Below, piece after piece: positions 35,621-45,648 of a DNA stretch of 64,000 nt. The translations under genes and the position numbers were made by a program. The notes under the pieces are model-generated. The model was not told the DNA's origin. It did not search any database and saw only the letters and a program-made list of their open reading frames with translations. Source of the DNA: Dehalococcoidia bacterium (lineage in GTDB: Bacteria > Chloroflexota > Dehalococcoidia > Lucifugimonadales > CAJWER01); assembly GCA_965261325.1 (NCBI GenBank), contig CBDHCU010000001.1, positions 191,200 through 255,199 on the forward strand, in the 5' to 3' direction. Within the stretch, counting starts at the first letter, position 1. Each line of letters opens with the position of its first letter.

Positions 35621-37405
35621 CTATCGGCTGTAGCCCTTCGTCCTTGCCGTGTCCTGCGGCAGAGATGCAGTCAAGTGGTCCATCAGGAATGCGAAGTCCT
35701 GGTACGATTCCAGGTGACCGAGCTGCTGGCCCAGCGGCTGCAGCCGGTCAGACAGATCCCGCAGGTCTTGCCGAACAACGCCGCTTCCTTCTCCATCCGC
35801 GTACGGCAGACTCCCGTACCGGTCCGACGCCAGGGCCACGACGACGCCGAACTCCAGCAATGCGTCTCCAGTAGTGCCGAGATCACCGTCCAAGCGGGAC
35901 ACCATCGACGCCGACTGGCGGTTCGACTGACCGCTCATGGGAGTGACCCACCTCAGCTGGACGTTCCCCAGATCGACCGTCTCGGACAGGCTCCGCCACG
36001 CATCATCTCGCACCCGTACCTCGTAGAAGACCGTCGTCGCGGTTCCCATAGGGATCTCCGCGAACTCCTTGCGGTCCTCGACGAACGACTCGTCGGACGT
36101 TACACGATTCTCGTAACCGATCATCCGCCAGGACTCCACCACGTCGCCGTTCCACGTCACCTGGGCGCGGGTCTGGTCGGCGAAAGGTATCGACAGGGCC
36201 AGCCAGCTCTCGCGGCTGAATGTCGCACTGGCCTGGTCGACGTCGCTCAGGTAGCGGTACCAGCCATTCCCGTGCTGGGCCAGCTGCTCCAGGAGGTGGT
36301 CGTTGTAGTTGCTGATGCCCACGCCGATGGTGATCAGCCGGAGCGGGTTTCGGCTGTTGGCGTCGTACGCCGACTCGAGGATCGCGAACGGGTCCGTCGC
36401 GTCCACGTTCGCCACACCGTCGGACATGAGTATGATGTAGTTGTGCGCATCGGGGCGGTCGCGGCGAGCCCGGTCGGCAAGCTTCACGCCGAGGTCGAGC
36501 CCGGCCTGCACGTTCGTGCTCCCCTGAGGGGCCAGCCGGTCTATCGACCTTCTCACATCACGGTCGTCAGGGCCGGTGTGTCTCACCGTGAGGTCGTCTA
36601 TCACGTCGGTCGTGAAGTGCACCACGCCGATGCGGTCGCGGCTGCGAAGGCTCCTCCTGATGCTCTCGGCTGCCTCGCGGGCAATGGCCACGCGGTTCCC
36701 GTCGGACATCGAGCCCGACGCATCCAGGACCAGCGTTACGTTGAGCGGCGCGTCGTCCTGCAGCTCAGGCGCCTGGAAACCCAGCCGTACCAGGTGCATT
36801 TGGCTGTCCAGCGGGTGGGTGAACACGTCCGTCGTTATCGCGAAGCTGTCCCGGTGGGCCGGAAGCGCGTAGCCGTAGTCGAATGCGTTGATCCACTCCT
36901 CGGCCCGCACGGAGTCAGGGTCGACCTCATGGCCCGCCCGGGCCCAGTTCAGGGCCAGTTGGAACGAGGTGCGGTCGGTGTCCAGGCTGAAGGTCGAGAC
37001 GCTGTCCTCGGCCGTCGACGCGAACCTTGAGCGCTCGTAGTCCCTGAACGTGGTGGCCGGGGGCGGTGAAACAGGCGCCGGCCTGCCTACGGGAGGAGGC
37101 GCTGCCATGGCGGCTGCCATGGCGGCGGGCTGTCGTTCAATGACAGGGGCACTTGGGGCGGCAGGGGCTGATTGCTGTGTTGCCGCGGCTGATGAATCCA
37201 CGATCTTCTGGACATCCGACGCGGTGAGCTGAGGCGCCATGTCCGCTGCGGCTGCGGGTTCCGACTCTTCCGATGACGCGCAGGCTACCGCAGCAAGCAG
37301 CAGGGCCAACCCGAGGGCCACTTGCGCCGCGGTCGCCACCCTGGTAGAAACGAACTTCTTCACGATTCCTAAGTTTCCCACGCCGAGAGGCACATTTTTC
37401 TTCAT
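35621..37405 (-). CDS. von Willebrand factor type A domain lipoprotein (YfbK/DUF3520-like architecture)
   Basis: Signal and lipobox (LLLAAVACASS), ...VSTFSLDTDRTSF..., and a vWA MIDAS-like LVLDASGSMSDGNR. Confidence 0.8.
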   Translation of the reverse strand: MKKNVPLGVGNLGIVKKFVSTRVATAAQVALGLALLLAAVACASSEESEPAAAADMAPQLTASDVQKIVDSSAAATQQSAPAAPSAPVIERQPAAMAAAMAAPPPVGRPAPVSPPPATTFRDYERSRFASTAEDSVSTFSLDTDRTSFQLALNWARAGHEVDPDSVRAEEWINAFDYGYALPAHRDSFAITTDVFTHPLDSQMHLVRLGFQAPELQDDAPLNVTLVLDASGSMSDGNRVAIAREAAESIRRSLRSRDRIGVVHFTTDVIDDLTVRHTGPDDRDVRRSIDRLAPQGSTNVQAGLDLGVKLADRARRDRPDAHNYIILMSDGVANVDATDPFAILESAYDANSRNPLRLITIGVGISNYNDHLLEQLAQHGNGWYRYLSDVDQASATFSRESWLALSIPFADQTRAQVTWNGDVVESWRMIGYENRVTSDESFVEDRKEFAEIPMGTATTVFYEVRVRDDAWRSLSETVDLGNVQLRWVTPMSGQSNRQSASMVSRLDGDLGTTGDALLEFGVVVALASDRYGSLPYADGEGSGVVRQDLRDLSDRLQPLGQQLGHLESYQDFAFLMDHLTASLPQDTARTKGYSR

Positions 37406-37674
37406 TTCATGCTCCTAACGCTCCGAAGAGCGATCATGCAATCGGTATGAGTAGATAATTCGCGCCCTGGCACTTGGAACCGTTCCATAGTTCATAACGT
37501 CCGTGCCGTCGGATTGGTTGGCATGGCATCGTGGGCGCGGCATCTCTTTTTCCATGCACAGGCTGGGTCTGTGACGCCGGAACACGTCGAGGGAAAGGTG
37601 TACGAATTCCGATGGTTCTCTCAACACGGACAGGTGGGGAGTACCATGTCCCCCCCCTCGAGTTTGAACAGCTA

Positions 37675-37800
37675 ATACCAAGTCACCGTGATGCCGCCGT
37701 ATATGTGGGGCCAGGGAGTGGGTTTCCCGCCCCCGACTACTCGGGGGCAGGCTCTTCGCGGGAATGACGGCTTTACGGCGCGTTCAAAATGAATTGGTAT
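37675..37800 (+). mobile_element. MITE1 copy a (126 bp, ends ATACCAA..TTGGTAT)
   Basis: Near-identical to 42368..42493, 53223..53348 and 54961..55085. Its R1 inner hairpin is the CCCCCGACTACTCGGGGG variant. Confidence 0.85.
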
Positions 37801-37817
37801 AAGACCTGTGCTTGTCC

Positions 37818-37846
37818 TTGACACTCCCGTAGCTACAAACTAATAT
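37818..37846 (+). promoter_or_regulatory. Candidate promoter of rny (TTGACA, 17-nt spacer, TAATAT)
   Basis: ccTTGACActcccgtagctacaaacTAATATtc lies about 60 nt upstream of the rny ATG. Confidence 0.5.
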
Positions 37847-37909
37847 TCATGGTACGGAGTCGGACGAAAGGATGGCTCCCCGAACAATTGAATAGGAAGG
37901 TGAGTAGCA

Positions 37910-39439
37910 ATGGAACTAGCCATTGTCGCTGTACTCGCTGTCCTGATCGGGTTGGTTTTAGGCGCTGTTGCAGGGTTTCTGGGCCGAAGAATGGTGAGCA
38001 GGAGCAGGCTCGCCGTCGCAGAGGAGGAAGTCTCACGGATACTGGAGGTTGCGGAGGAGGAGCAGAGGAGGCTGATACTCGAGGGCAAGGAGCAGGCCCT
38101 CAAGGTACAGTCGGAGAAGGACGAAGAGTTTCGTGAGAGAAGATCAGAGATCAACCGGTCCGAGAAGCGCGTTTCGAAATACGAGGAGAATCTTGACAGA
38201 CGTGCCACAAACCTGGAGCGCCGAGAGCGCAAGCTTACCGAGAAGGAACAGGCGGTCGATGGACTTCGTACCGAGCTCGATGGAATCAAGGACAGGGAGG
38301 TCGAACACCTAGAAGCGTTATCCAACCTCTCTCTGAGCGAAGCGCGTTCCGAATTGATGGAACGAGCTTCGGTGGAAATCGAACACGATCTGGCGGTTTT
38401 CTACAGGGACGCTGAGGAGCGCGCCAGAGAAGAGGCCCACGAGAAGGCCCGCACCATCATTTCCGAGGCCATACAGAGGCTCGCCTCGGAGGTAGTTTCC
38501 GAGGTGTCCCTGTCGTCCGTATCCCTGCCCAACGACGACATGAAGGGCAGGGTGATCGGCAAAGAGGGCCGCAACATACGGGCAATCGAGAAGGCTACGG
38601 GTGTCGATCTCATTATCGACGACACGCCCGAGGCGATTACGCTCTCGTGCTTCGACCCGATCCGCAGGGAAGTGGCCCGCCTGGCAATCGTCAAGCTGAT
38701 AGCGGACGGACGCATACACCCGGCCCGCATCGAGGAGACGGTCGCGAGGGCGGAGAAGGACCTGGCGGAGACCATCCGCAAGGCGGGCGAAGAGGCCATG
38801 ATGGATGTGGGTGTCCGCGGGCTGAATGCCGAGCTCGTGCGGCTCCTGGGCCGGCTCAAGTACAGGTACAGCTACGGCGAGAACGTACTCCAGCACAGTA
38901 TCGAGGTCGGGCACCTCTCCGGACTGATCGCCGCCGAGATTGGGGCGAACGTGAGGGCCGCGAAGACAGGCGGGCTGCTGCACGACATCGGTAAGGCCCT
39001 GACCCACGAGGTCGAAGGGCCGCACGCGGAGATCGGCGCCGACGTTGCCACGCGCAACAGGGTACCGAAGCACATCTGCGCTGCGATTGGAGAGCACCAC
39101 GATGACGAGCACAGCAGCCCTGAGTCGTTCATAGTGGCGGCAGCCGACGCGATCAGCGCGGCCAGGCCCGGCTCGCGCCGCGACACGGCCGAGCACTATA
39201 TCCAGCGCCTCGAGGCCCTGGAGGAAGTGGGCAGGGCGTTCGACGGGGTCGAGAAGTGCTTCGCGATCCAGGCCGGACGCGAGATCAGGATCATGGTCAA
39301 GCCACAGGCAGTGGACGACATCGCTGCCACGAAGATGGCGCGAGACGTGACCAAGAAGATCGAGGACACGTTGACCTACCCTGGCCAGATCAAGGTCACG
39401 GTAATCCGCGAGTCCCGCTCCGTAGAGTACGCAAGGTAG
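37910..39439 (+). CDS. rny: Ribonuclease Y
   Basis: N-terminal TM helix, coiled coil, KH domain (GRVIGKEGRNIRAIEKATGVDLIIDDTPEAITLS) and HD domain (LLHDIGKA...). Confidence 0.95.
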   Translation: MELAIVAVLAVLIGLVLGAVAGFLGRRMVSRSRLAVAEEEVSRILEVAEEEQRRLILEGKEQALKVQSEKDEEFRERRSEINRSEKRVSKYEENLDRRATNLERRERKLTEKEQAVDGLRTELDGIKDREVEHLEALSNLSLSEARSELMERASVEIEHDLAVFYRDAEERAREEAHEKARTIISEAIQRLASEVVSEVSLSSVSLPNDDMKGRVIGKEGRNIRAIEKATGVDLIIDDTPEAITLSCFDPIRREVARLAIVKLIADGRIHPARIEETVARAEKDLAETIRKAGEEAMMDVGVRGLNAELVRLLGRLKYRYSYGENVLQHSIEVGHLSGLIAAEIGANVRAAKTGGLLHDIGKALTHEVEGPHAEIGADVATRNRVPKHICAAIGEHHDDEHSSPESFIVAAADAISAARPGSRRDTAEHYIQRLEALEEVGRAFDGVEKCFAIQAGREIRIMVKPQAVDDIAATKMARDVTKKIEDTLTYPGQIKVTVIRESRSVEYAR

Positions 39440-39543
39440 ACGGGACCCGACCCGCGACCCGTGGCTAGCGGCAGGCGATCATTGAGGACGAGGCGGAATT
39501 GACCTGCCCCGTCCCGTATCCCTTGCCTGGTGCGCGCCGCTAG

Positions 39544-40410
39544 ATGGTACAGGCAGACCTCCACCTGCACACGACCTTCTCGGACGGCAACCTAACGCCG
39601 ACGCAGCTGGTTGAGTTGTGTGCCGGCAGCGGTATCAGGTATGCCGCAATCACGGACCACGACTCGACGGAGGGCGTCGACGAGGCGCTCCGGGCTGCCC
39701 AGCGCTTTCCGGGCCTCGAGGTCATCGTCGGTTTAGAGCTCAGCACCGACGTACAGGACAGCGAGATACACCTGCTCGGATACTTCGTGGACCACGAGCA
39801 CGACGAGTTTCAGGGCACGCTGAGCATGTTTAGGGATGGCAGGGAGGGGCGTGCTCGCCGGATGGTCGAGCGTCTCGACGAAATGGGGCTGCCTGTGTCG
39901 TGGGAGCGGGTCGAGGAGCTGTCCGGCGGCGGGGCTCTCGGCAGGCCACACATAGCCCAGGCGATGGTCGAGGCGGGTTATGTCGAGTACCCGAAGGACG
40001 CCTTCGACAAGTACCTGGGCCGAAATGGCCCCGCCTATGTGGAGCGGGCCAGGATGACGCCGGCAGAGGCCGTACGGGTGCTGGTGTCGAACGGCGCGGT
40101 GCCCGTGATGGCTCATCCCACGTTCTCGGTCCCCCGTATGGATGACGAGGGGATTGCGGAGCTGAACCGGGTCCTGATCGAGCTCAGGGGCGAGGGTCTT
40201 GCAGGGATGGAGGTCTACTACGGGGTGTACGAGCCCGAAGTGGTCGCCCTGCTGAAGTCGCTGGCCGACGGGCTGGGGCTGATACCCTGCGGCGGCAGCG
40301 ACTACCATGCCTCGGGCAATCCCGGCGAGGCACTTCCAGGCGACGTGGGCCCGCCTGCGTCATCGGTCGAGGCCCTGAGGGCGGCCAAGGGCGACCTCGT
40401 TCGAGGGTAG
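39544..40410 (+). CDS. PHP-domain phosphoesterase (TrpH/YciV-like)
   Basis: DLHLHTTFSDGNLTPTQLV..., ...AITDHDS..., ...AHP... Confidence 0.85.
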   Translation: MVQADLHLHTTFSDGNLTPTQLVELCAGSGIRYAAITDHDSTEGVDEALRAAQRFPGLEVIVGLELSTDVQDSEIHLLGYFVDHEHDEFQGTLSMFRDGREGRARRMVERLDEMGLPVSWERVEELSGGGALGRPHIAQAMVEAGYVEYPKDAFDKYLGRNGPAYVERARMTPAEAVRVLVSNGAVPVMAHPTFSVPRMDDEGIAELNRVLIELRGEGLAGMEVYYGVYEPEVVALLKSLADGLGLIPCGGSDYHASGNPGEALPGDVGPPASSVEALRAAKGDLVRG

Positions 40411-40428
40411 GGGACCGGCGATGCACTT

Positions 40429-41160
40429 ATGACAGGACCAGTACTGATCGCGGCGGCCTACCTGATTGGCTCCATACCCTCCGCCTTCCTCGTGGCGCGG
40501 TACCTCAGGGGCATCGACATACGGGACTACGGGTCCGGGAATGTCGGCGCGTCGAATGTCATGGAGCACGTGGGACTGCGGACCGGAATCGCGCTGGGCG
40601 TCTTCGACACACTGTTCAAGGGGACAATGCCCGTGGTCGCCGCCAACCTCATGGGACAGAGCCCAGCCGTGCAGGGGGCCGTCGCTATCGCGGCCATTGC
40701 AGGCCACAACTGGTCGGTGTACCTGAAGATGACCGGGGGGCGCGGCATAGCGATAGGCATCGGCGTGCTGCTCGGCATGGGACTCTGGGTCGAGCTGGCG
40801 GTCGGGCTGCTCCTGATCGGCCTCATGGGTCGGGTCGTCATGAAGGACACGGGCGTATGGTCGCTGGTCTCCTTCCTGGCGCTGCCGGTGGCCGCGATTG
40901 CCCTCGACCGTCCTTCAGAGGTCGTGTATATGCTGGGGGGCATGGCCGTGTTGCTGGTGGTCAAGCGTCTGACGGGAAACTGGGAACGGCCCTCGACCGA
41001 CCGCTACGGGCCGGCGCGCGTTCTGCTGCATCGCTTCCTGTGGGACCGGGACGTGCCCAGACAGGAGTCATGGACCGGCCGAATGCCTGAGCCTGAGCAG
41101 GCTGACGAGGGTACCGCGGGGGACGCCGCCGCCCCCTCCACGACCGGCGGGAGGAGATAG
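40429..41160 (+). CDS. plsY: Glycerol-3-phosphate acyltransferase PlsY
   Basis: AAYLIGSIPSAFLVARYLRGIDIRDYGSGNVGASNV... and ...AGHNWSVYLKMTGGRG. Confidence 0.9.
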   Translation: MTGPVLIAAAYLIGSIPSAFLVARYLRGIDIRDYGSGNVGASNVMEHVGLRTGIALGVFDTLFKGTMPVVAANLMGQSPAVQGAVAIAAIAGHNWSVYLKMTGGRGIAIGIGVLLGMGLWVELAVGLLLIGLMGRVVMKDTGVWSLVSFLALPVAAIALDRPSEVVYMLGGMAVLLVVKRLTGNWERPSTDRYGPARVLLHRFLWDRDVPRQESWTGRMPEPEQADEGTAGDAAAPSTTGGRR

Positions 41161-41164
41161 CCGC

Positions 41165-41665
41165 ATGGCCGAGGAGCACGCACCGACCTACTGCGCAAAG
41201 CATTCGGAGACGCCGACGAACCTCCGGTGCAGCCGCTGCGACAAGCCGGTCTGCCCGGAGTGCATGGTGCAAGCGCCAGTCGGGATCCGCTGCCAGGAGC
41301 ACGGCCGGCCAACCAAGCTTCCCACGTACGAGGTCTCGACCGGATTCATCGTGCGCGGCGTTGCCGCGGGCGTTGGGATCGGCGTCCTGGGAGGCTTCAT
41401 CCTGGGGGTCGCAGGAGCATACACCAACCTGTTCTTCATCCCATACGTGTTCACGCTGGCCATGGTGGGCCTGGGCTACCTTGTGGGCGAGGGCATAAGC
41501 AGGGCCACCAACAAGAAGCGGGGCCAGCCGCTCATCGTTGCGGCGGTCGTGGGCGTAGTCGTGGCCTTCGTCATCGTGGTGGCGTTCGCAAGGCTGCAAC
41601 TGGGCCTGTTCGACCTGCTGGCTCTTGGAATCGCTCTCTTCCTCGCGATCCAGCGGGTCCGCTGA
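41165..41665 (+). CDS. Membrane protein with N-terminal B-box/zinc-ribbon-like Cys cluster
   Basis: YCAKHSETPTNLRCSRCDKPVCPECM followed by 3-4 predicted TM helices. Confidence 0.65.
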   Translation: MAEEHAPTYCAKHSETPTNLRCSRCDKPVCPECMVQAPVGIRCQEHGRPTKLPTYEVSTGFIVRGVAAGVGIGVLGGFILGVAGAYTNLFFIPYVFTLAMVGLGYLVGEGISRATNKKRGQPLIVAAVVGVVVAFVIVVAFARLQLGLFDLLALGIALFLAIQRVR

Positions 41666-41669
41666 CATC

Positions 41670-41783
41670 CAGGGCCTTTCCAAAGTCCGTTCGTGGTGAG
41701 CCTGTCGAACCACAATTGGGCCTTCGACAAGCTCAGGCCGAACGGCAAGGTACGCCCCTAATCTCAACAATGGAAAGGCCCTG
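41670..41783 (+). mobile_element. MITE4 copy c with 10-bp target-site duplication CGCTGACATC
   Basis: The direct repeat CGCTGACATC occurs at 41660-41669 and 41784-41793. The left copy contains the TGA stop of the preceding gene. Confidence 0.9.
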
Positions 41784-41869
41784 CGCTGACATCGACAATA
41801 GTTGACAGAATTCGTAGCCACAATGTAGGATTTAGGCAGATAACTCTTCTACAAGGGCCGGAAATCGAA

Positions 41870-42307
41870 ATGGACAAGCTCGACTCCAAGATAATCGAAC
41901 TACTGCAAACAGACGGACGCGCGTCGAACGCTTCCATAGCGCGCCACGTCGGCGTCAGCGAGGGCACGGTAAGACGCAGGCTCAAGCGGCTGGTTGAAGA
42001 GGAATACATCCAGGTCGTGGCACTGCCCGACGCCACGAAGCTGGGTTATGAGTCCCAGGCGCTGGTGGGAATCCAGGTCGAGCCTGACAAGGTCGACAAG
42101 GTCGCGGACTGCCTCTACGAGTTGTCCGAGATAAGCTGGGTGGCGGTCACTACGGGCTCGTATGACGTCTTCGCGTGGGCGACGTTGCCGTCGGCCGAGG
42201 AGCTGGGCACTTTCCTACGCACGCGGGTGGGGGTCATTCCAGGTGTATGCCGCACCGAGACCTTCGTCAATCTGGACAAGAAGCGGGGCCACGCTATCGC
42301 GGTGTAG
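41870..42307 (+). CDS. Lrp/AsnC family transcriptional regulator
   Basis: MDKLDSKIIELLQTDGRASNASIARHVGVSEGTVRRRLKRL HTH followed by an RAM-like domain. Confidence 0.9.
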   Translation: MDKLDSKIIELLQTDGRASNASIARHVGVSEGTVRRRLKRLVEEEYIQVVALPDATKLGYESQALVGIQVEPDKVDKVADCLYELSEISWVAVTTGSYDVFAWATLPSAEELGTFLRTRVGVIPGVCRTETFVNLDKKRGHAIAV

Positions 42308-42367
42308 TCGAAGTACCGGGATGAGCGAGCTACCGCGAAGGCCCCCTTTACCTGAGGGGGCCTTCTT

Positions 42368-42493
42368 ATACCAAGTCACCGTGATGCCGCCGTATATGTG
42401 CGGCCAGGGAGTGGGTTCCCGCCCCGTATTGAGTACGGGGCAGGCTCTTCGCGGGAATGACGGCTTTACGGCGCGCTCAAAATGAATTGGTAT
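42368..42493 (+). mobile_element. MITE1 copy b
   Basis: See 37675..37800. Located between the Lrp-family gene and aspS. Confidence 0.85.
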
Positions 42494-42523
42494 TAGTGGG
42501 CATGGGGCGCCAGGAGAGAACAG

Positions 42524-44314
42524 ATGCTTAGGACCATCCACTGCGGCGACCTGAGAGTCGGGCACGCAGGCGAGGCCGTGACCCTCGGCGGCTGGGTGCA
42601 TAACCGCAGGGACCACGGCGGGCTGATCTTCATCGACCTGAGGGACCGGTACGGGCTGGTGCAGGTGGTCTTCAACCCGGAATTGGCCCCGGAGGCCCAT
42701 GCAGCGGCCGAGAGATTCCGCAGCGAGTGGGTCGTGAAGGTGTCCGGCACTGTGAACGCACGCCCCGAGGGAACGGTGAACCCCGGGCTAGCCACCGGTG
42801 AGATCGAGGTCACTGCCACTGAGGCCGTGGTGCTCAACGAGTCGAAGACGCCGCCATTCGAGGTGGAAGACGGCGCAGAGGTAGACGAGCTGCTGCGCCT
42901 GAAGTACCGGTACATCGATCTCCGCCGTCCCAGTATGCAGGAGACCATCACCCTGCGCCACAGGGTGGTCAAGTACATGCGAGACTTCCTGGACGAACAG
43001 GGCTTCCTCGAGATCGAGACGCCCATCCTGATCAAGAGCACGCCGGAGGGGGCGAGGGACTACCTCGTGCCCAGCCGGCTATATCCGGGGCAATTCTACG
43101 CCCTCCCGCAGTCGCCGCAGCAGCTCAAGCAGCTCCTGATGGTCGCGGGAATGGACAAGTACTTCCAGATCGCCCGTTGCTTCCGGGACGAGGACCCCAG
43201 GGCCGACAGGCAGCCTGAGCACACCCAGCTCGACCTGGAGATGAGCTTCGTCGAGCAGGACGACGTCCTGGACCTGATCGAGGAGCTCTACACGTCGATG
43301 ATCGAGGAGCTTGTGCCGGGCAAGCGTATAGTCAAGCCGTTCCCGCGCCTGAGCTACCAGGAGGTGATGGACCGCTTCGCGAGCGACAAGCCCGACCTTC
43401 GATTCGGACTGGAGATGGCGGACCTGACGGACCTGGCCTCGAAGAGCGCGTTTCGCGTGTTTTCATCCGTGGCCTCCGGTGGGGGCATCGTCAAGGGGTT
43501 CAGCGTGCCGGGCGCCGGGGGGTACGGGCGGCGGCAGCTCGACGACCTGGTCGAGTTCACTAAGACGCGAGGGGCGCAGGGCCTCGTCTACATCGCGCTG
43601 GACGCGTCCAGCGCATCACTCGACGAGCTGACAGCCGACGACTTCAGGTCGCCCGCTGCGCGCTTCCTGTCCCTCGACGAGGTGCGGGAGATCGCGGCCC
43701 GGACGGGCGCGGAGCCGGGGGACCTCGTGCTCATCGTGGCCGGGCCAGCCAAGTCGACGAATATCGCCCTCAGCGCGCTTCGCAACGAGATGGGCCGACG
43801 CCACGAGCTCGCGGACCCCGACGTGCTCCACTTTATCTTCGTCGTCGACTTCCCGCTCTTCGAGTGGAACGAGAACGAGGGGCGCTGGGACGCGATGCAC
43901 CACGCCTTCTCGATGCCGAAGGACGATACGCTCCAGTACCTCGAGAGCGCCCCGGGGAGGGTCATGGCCAACCTGTACGACCTGGTCTGCAATGGGGTGG
44001 AATGCGCCAGCGGCAGCATCAGAGTGCACCAGCGCGACCTCCAGGAGCGCATATTCAAGGTGCTGGGCTACACCCAGGAGCAGGTCGGCCAGCGCTTCAA
44101 GCAGCTGCTCGACGCGCTGGAGTACGGCGCTCCGCCCCACGGGGGCATAGCTCCCGGCATCGACAGGCTCATCATGGTGCTGCTCGGTACTGATAACATC
44201 CGCGACGTGATAGCTTTCCCAAAGACCCAGAACGCCATCGATCCGCTCTTCGAGGCGCCAGATAGCGTGGAGGCGGAGCAGCTCAAGGAGCTCCACATCG
44301 AGATAACCGAGTAG
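42524..44314 (+). CDS. aspS: Aspartate--tRNA ligase
   Basis: 596 aa: OB-fold N terminus, ...FYALPQSPQQLKQLLM..., ...RCFRDED.RADRQPE.TQLD..., ...PHGG.A.G.DR... Confidence 0.95.
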   Translation: MLRTIHCGDLRVGHAGEAVTLGGWVHNRRDHGGLIFIDLRDRYGLVQVVFNPELAPEAHAAAERFRSEWVVKVSGTVNARPEGTVNPGLATGEIEVTATEAVVLNESKTPPFEVEDGAEVDELLRLKYRYIDLRRPSMQETITLRHRVVKYMRDFLDEQGFLEIETPILIKSTPEGARDYLVPSRLYPGQFYALPQSPQQLKQLLMVAGMDKYFQIARCFRDEDPRADRQPEHTQLDLEMSFVEQDDVLDLIEELYTSMIEELVPGKRIVKPFPRLSYQEVMDRFASDKPDLRFGLEMADLTDLASKSAFRVFSSVASGGGIVKGFSVPGAGGYGRRQLDDLVEFTKTRGAQGLVYIALDASSASLDELTADDFRSPAARFLSLDEVREIAARTGAEPGDLVLIVAGPAKSTNIALSALRNEMGRRHELADPDVLHFIFVVDFPLFEWNENEGRWDAMHHAFSMPKDDTLQYLESAPGRVMANLYDLVCNGVECASGSIRVHQRDLQERIFKVLGYTQEQVGQRFKQLLDALEYGAPPHGGIAPGIDRLIMVLLGTDNIRDVIAFPKTQNAIDPLFEAPDSVEAEQLKELHIEITE

Positions 44315-44369
44315 AGTGCGCGGCGCCGCAGCTGGGCGGCGCAACTATCGCAAGAAGGAGACCCTGGTC

Positions 44370-45410
44370 ATGCCTGTCGTGCAGCACGATGTCCTCGAGC
44401 GAATTGCCTTCGACGTATTCTCGGCCGCCGGTATGCCGGAGGACGAGGCGAGAATAGTCGCAGGCCACATAGTCACGGCGAACCTGCTCGGCCACGACTC
44501 TCACGGCGTCTGGTATATACCGAGGTACGGCGTCATGGCCCTCGAGGGCCACGTGGACTGGAGCAGGCACGAGGTGCTCAGGGAGAGTCCGCTGTTTCGC
44601 CTTGTCGATGGGCACGGCTCACACGGCATAGTCGCCCTGACCCGCGCCGCGGACATCGCCGTCGAGAAGGCGGAGACTTCCAGCATAGGTATGGCGGGCA
44701 TCCGGAACGTGACGCACATGGGGAGGCTGGGAGCGTATCCCACCCTCATCGCCGAGCGCGGGATGATCGGGATGGTCTGGACGAACACGGGAGGGCTCGC
44801 GGTCGCGCCCTTTGGAAGCGCTGAGAAACGCCTGCGGCTCGCACCTGTCGCCTACGCGATACCCCGCCGGAGCGGCCAGCCATTCATGCTCGACATGACC
44901 TTCAGCGTGGTTGCAGGCGGGAAGATAGAGCAGAAGATAGTGCGCGGCGAGTCTATTCCCGAAGGCTGGCTGATATCAGGGGACGGCGAATATGTGACGG
45001 ACGGCTCACGCTATCGTGCGGAGGAGGCGTCGATACTGGCGCTTGGGGGGCTCCAGTTCGGACACAAGGGACACGGCCTTGGGATGATGATGGAGATGAT
45101 AGTCGGGCCGCTTACCCTGGCTGGGTGTACCGACGGTAAGGACGGAGGAGGAGGCGCGCTCGTCACGGCCATCGACATCGCGGCCTTCACCGACGTGGAA
45201 GCCTACCTGGACGAGGTGGAGGCGTTCGCGGAGTACGTCACGTCCGCCGCCCCACTGCCGGGCGTCGGCCGCGTCTACGCGCCCGGACAGTTGGAGGAAC
45301 AGACTATGGAGCGCCTGCTGGGGGAGGGGATCGACGTGCCCGAGCCCACGTGGGACGAGATTATCGAGATAGCCAGACGCCTGGGCGTGTCCGTGCCATC
45401 CGTATGTTGA
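44370..45410 (+). CDS. Ldh_2 family oxidoreductase (malate/L-lactate/ureidoglycolate dehydrogenase type 2)
   Basis: ATG 44370 follows AAGGAG. ...LLGHDSHGV... and ...GGHKGHGLG... blocks. Confidence 0.8.
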   Translation: MPVVQHDVLERIAFDVFSAAGMPEDEARIVAGHIVTANLLGHDSHGVWYIPRYGVMALEGHVDWSRHEVLRESPLFRLVDGHGSHGIVALTRAADIAVEKAETSSIGMAGIRNVTHMGRLGAYPTLIAERGMIGMVWTNTGGLAVAPFGSAEKRLRLAPVAYAIPRRSGQPFMLDMTFSVVAGGKIEQKIVRGESIPEGWLISGDGEYVTDGSRYRAEEASILALGGLQFGHKGHGLGMMMEMIVGPLTLAGCTDGKDGGGGALVTAIDIAAFTDVEAYLDEVEAFAEYVTSAAPLPGVGRVYAPGQLEEQTMERLLGEGIDVPEPTWDEIIEIARRLGVSVPSVC

Positions 45411-45478
45411 ACACCGGCCCGCATGAACGAGCACCAGGGCTGGGAAGGACGGGACTCCGGCAAGGAATCGGGACCACT

Positions 45479-45607
45479 ATGGCCTAACGGAGGCCACATA
45501 AGGGAATGGAAATGGCTCTGCACTCGTTGCCCCGAGTTGATGGCAGTGGCCGGGGATGGGTTCCCGCCCCGTATCGAGTACGGGGCAGGCTCTCCGCGGG
45601 AATGACG
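45479..45607 (+). repeat. R5 hairpin unit plus long-form R1 unit
   Basis: ATGGCCTAACGGAGGCCACATAAGGGAATGGAAATGG (compare 16194 and 63491), then GGGGATGGGTTCCCGCCCCGTATCGAGTACGGGGCAGGCTCTCCGCGGGAATGACGG. Confidence 0.8.
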
Positions 45608-45648
45608 GATGAAGGGCGAGACGTACGCTTTTTTCAGAGGAATGACGA

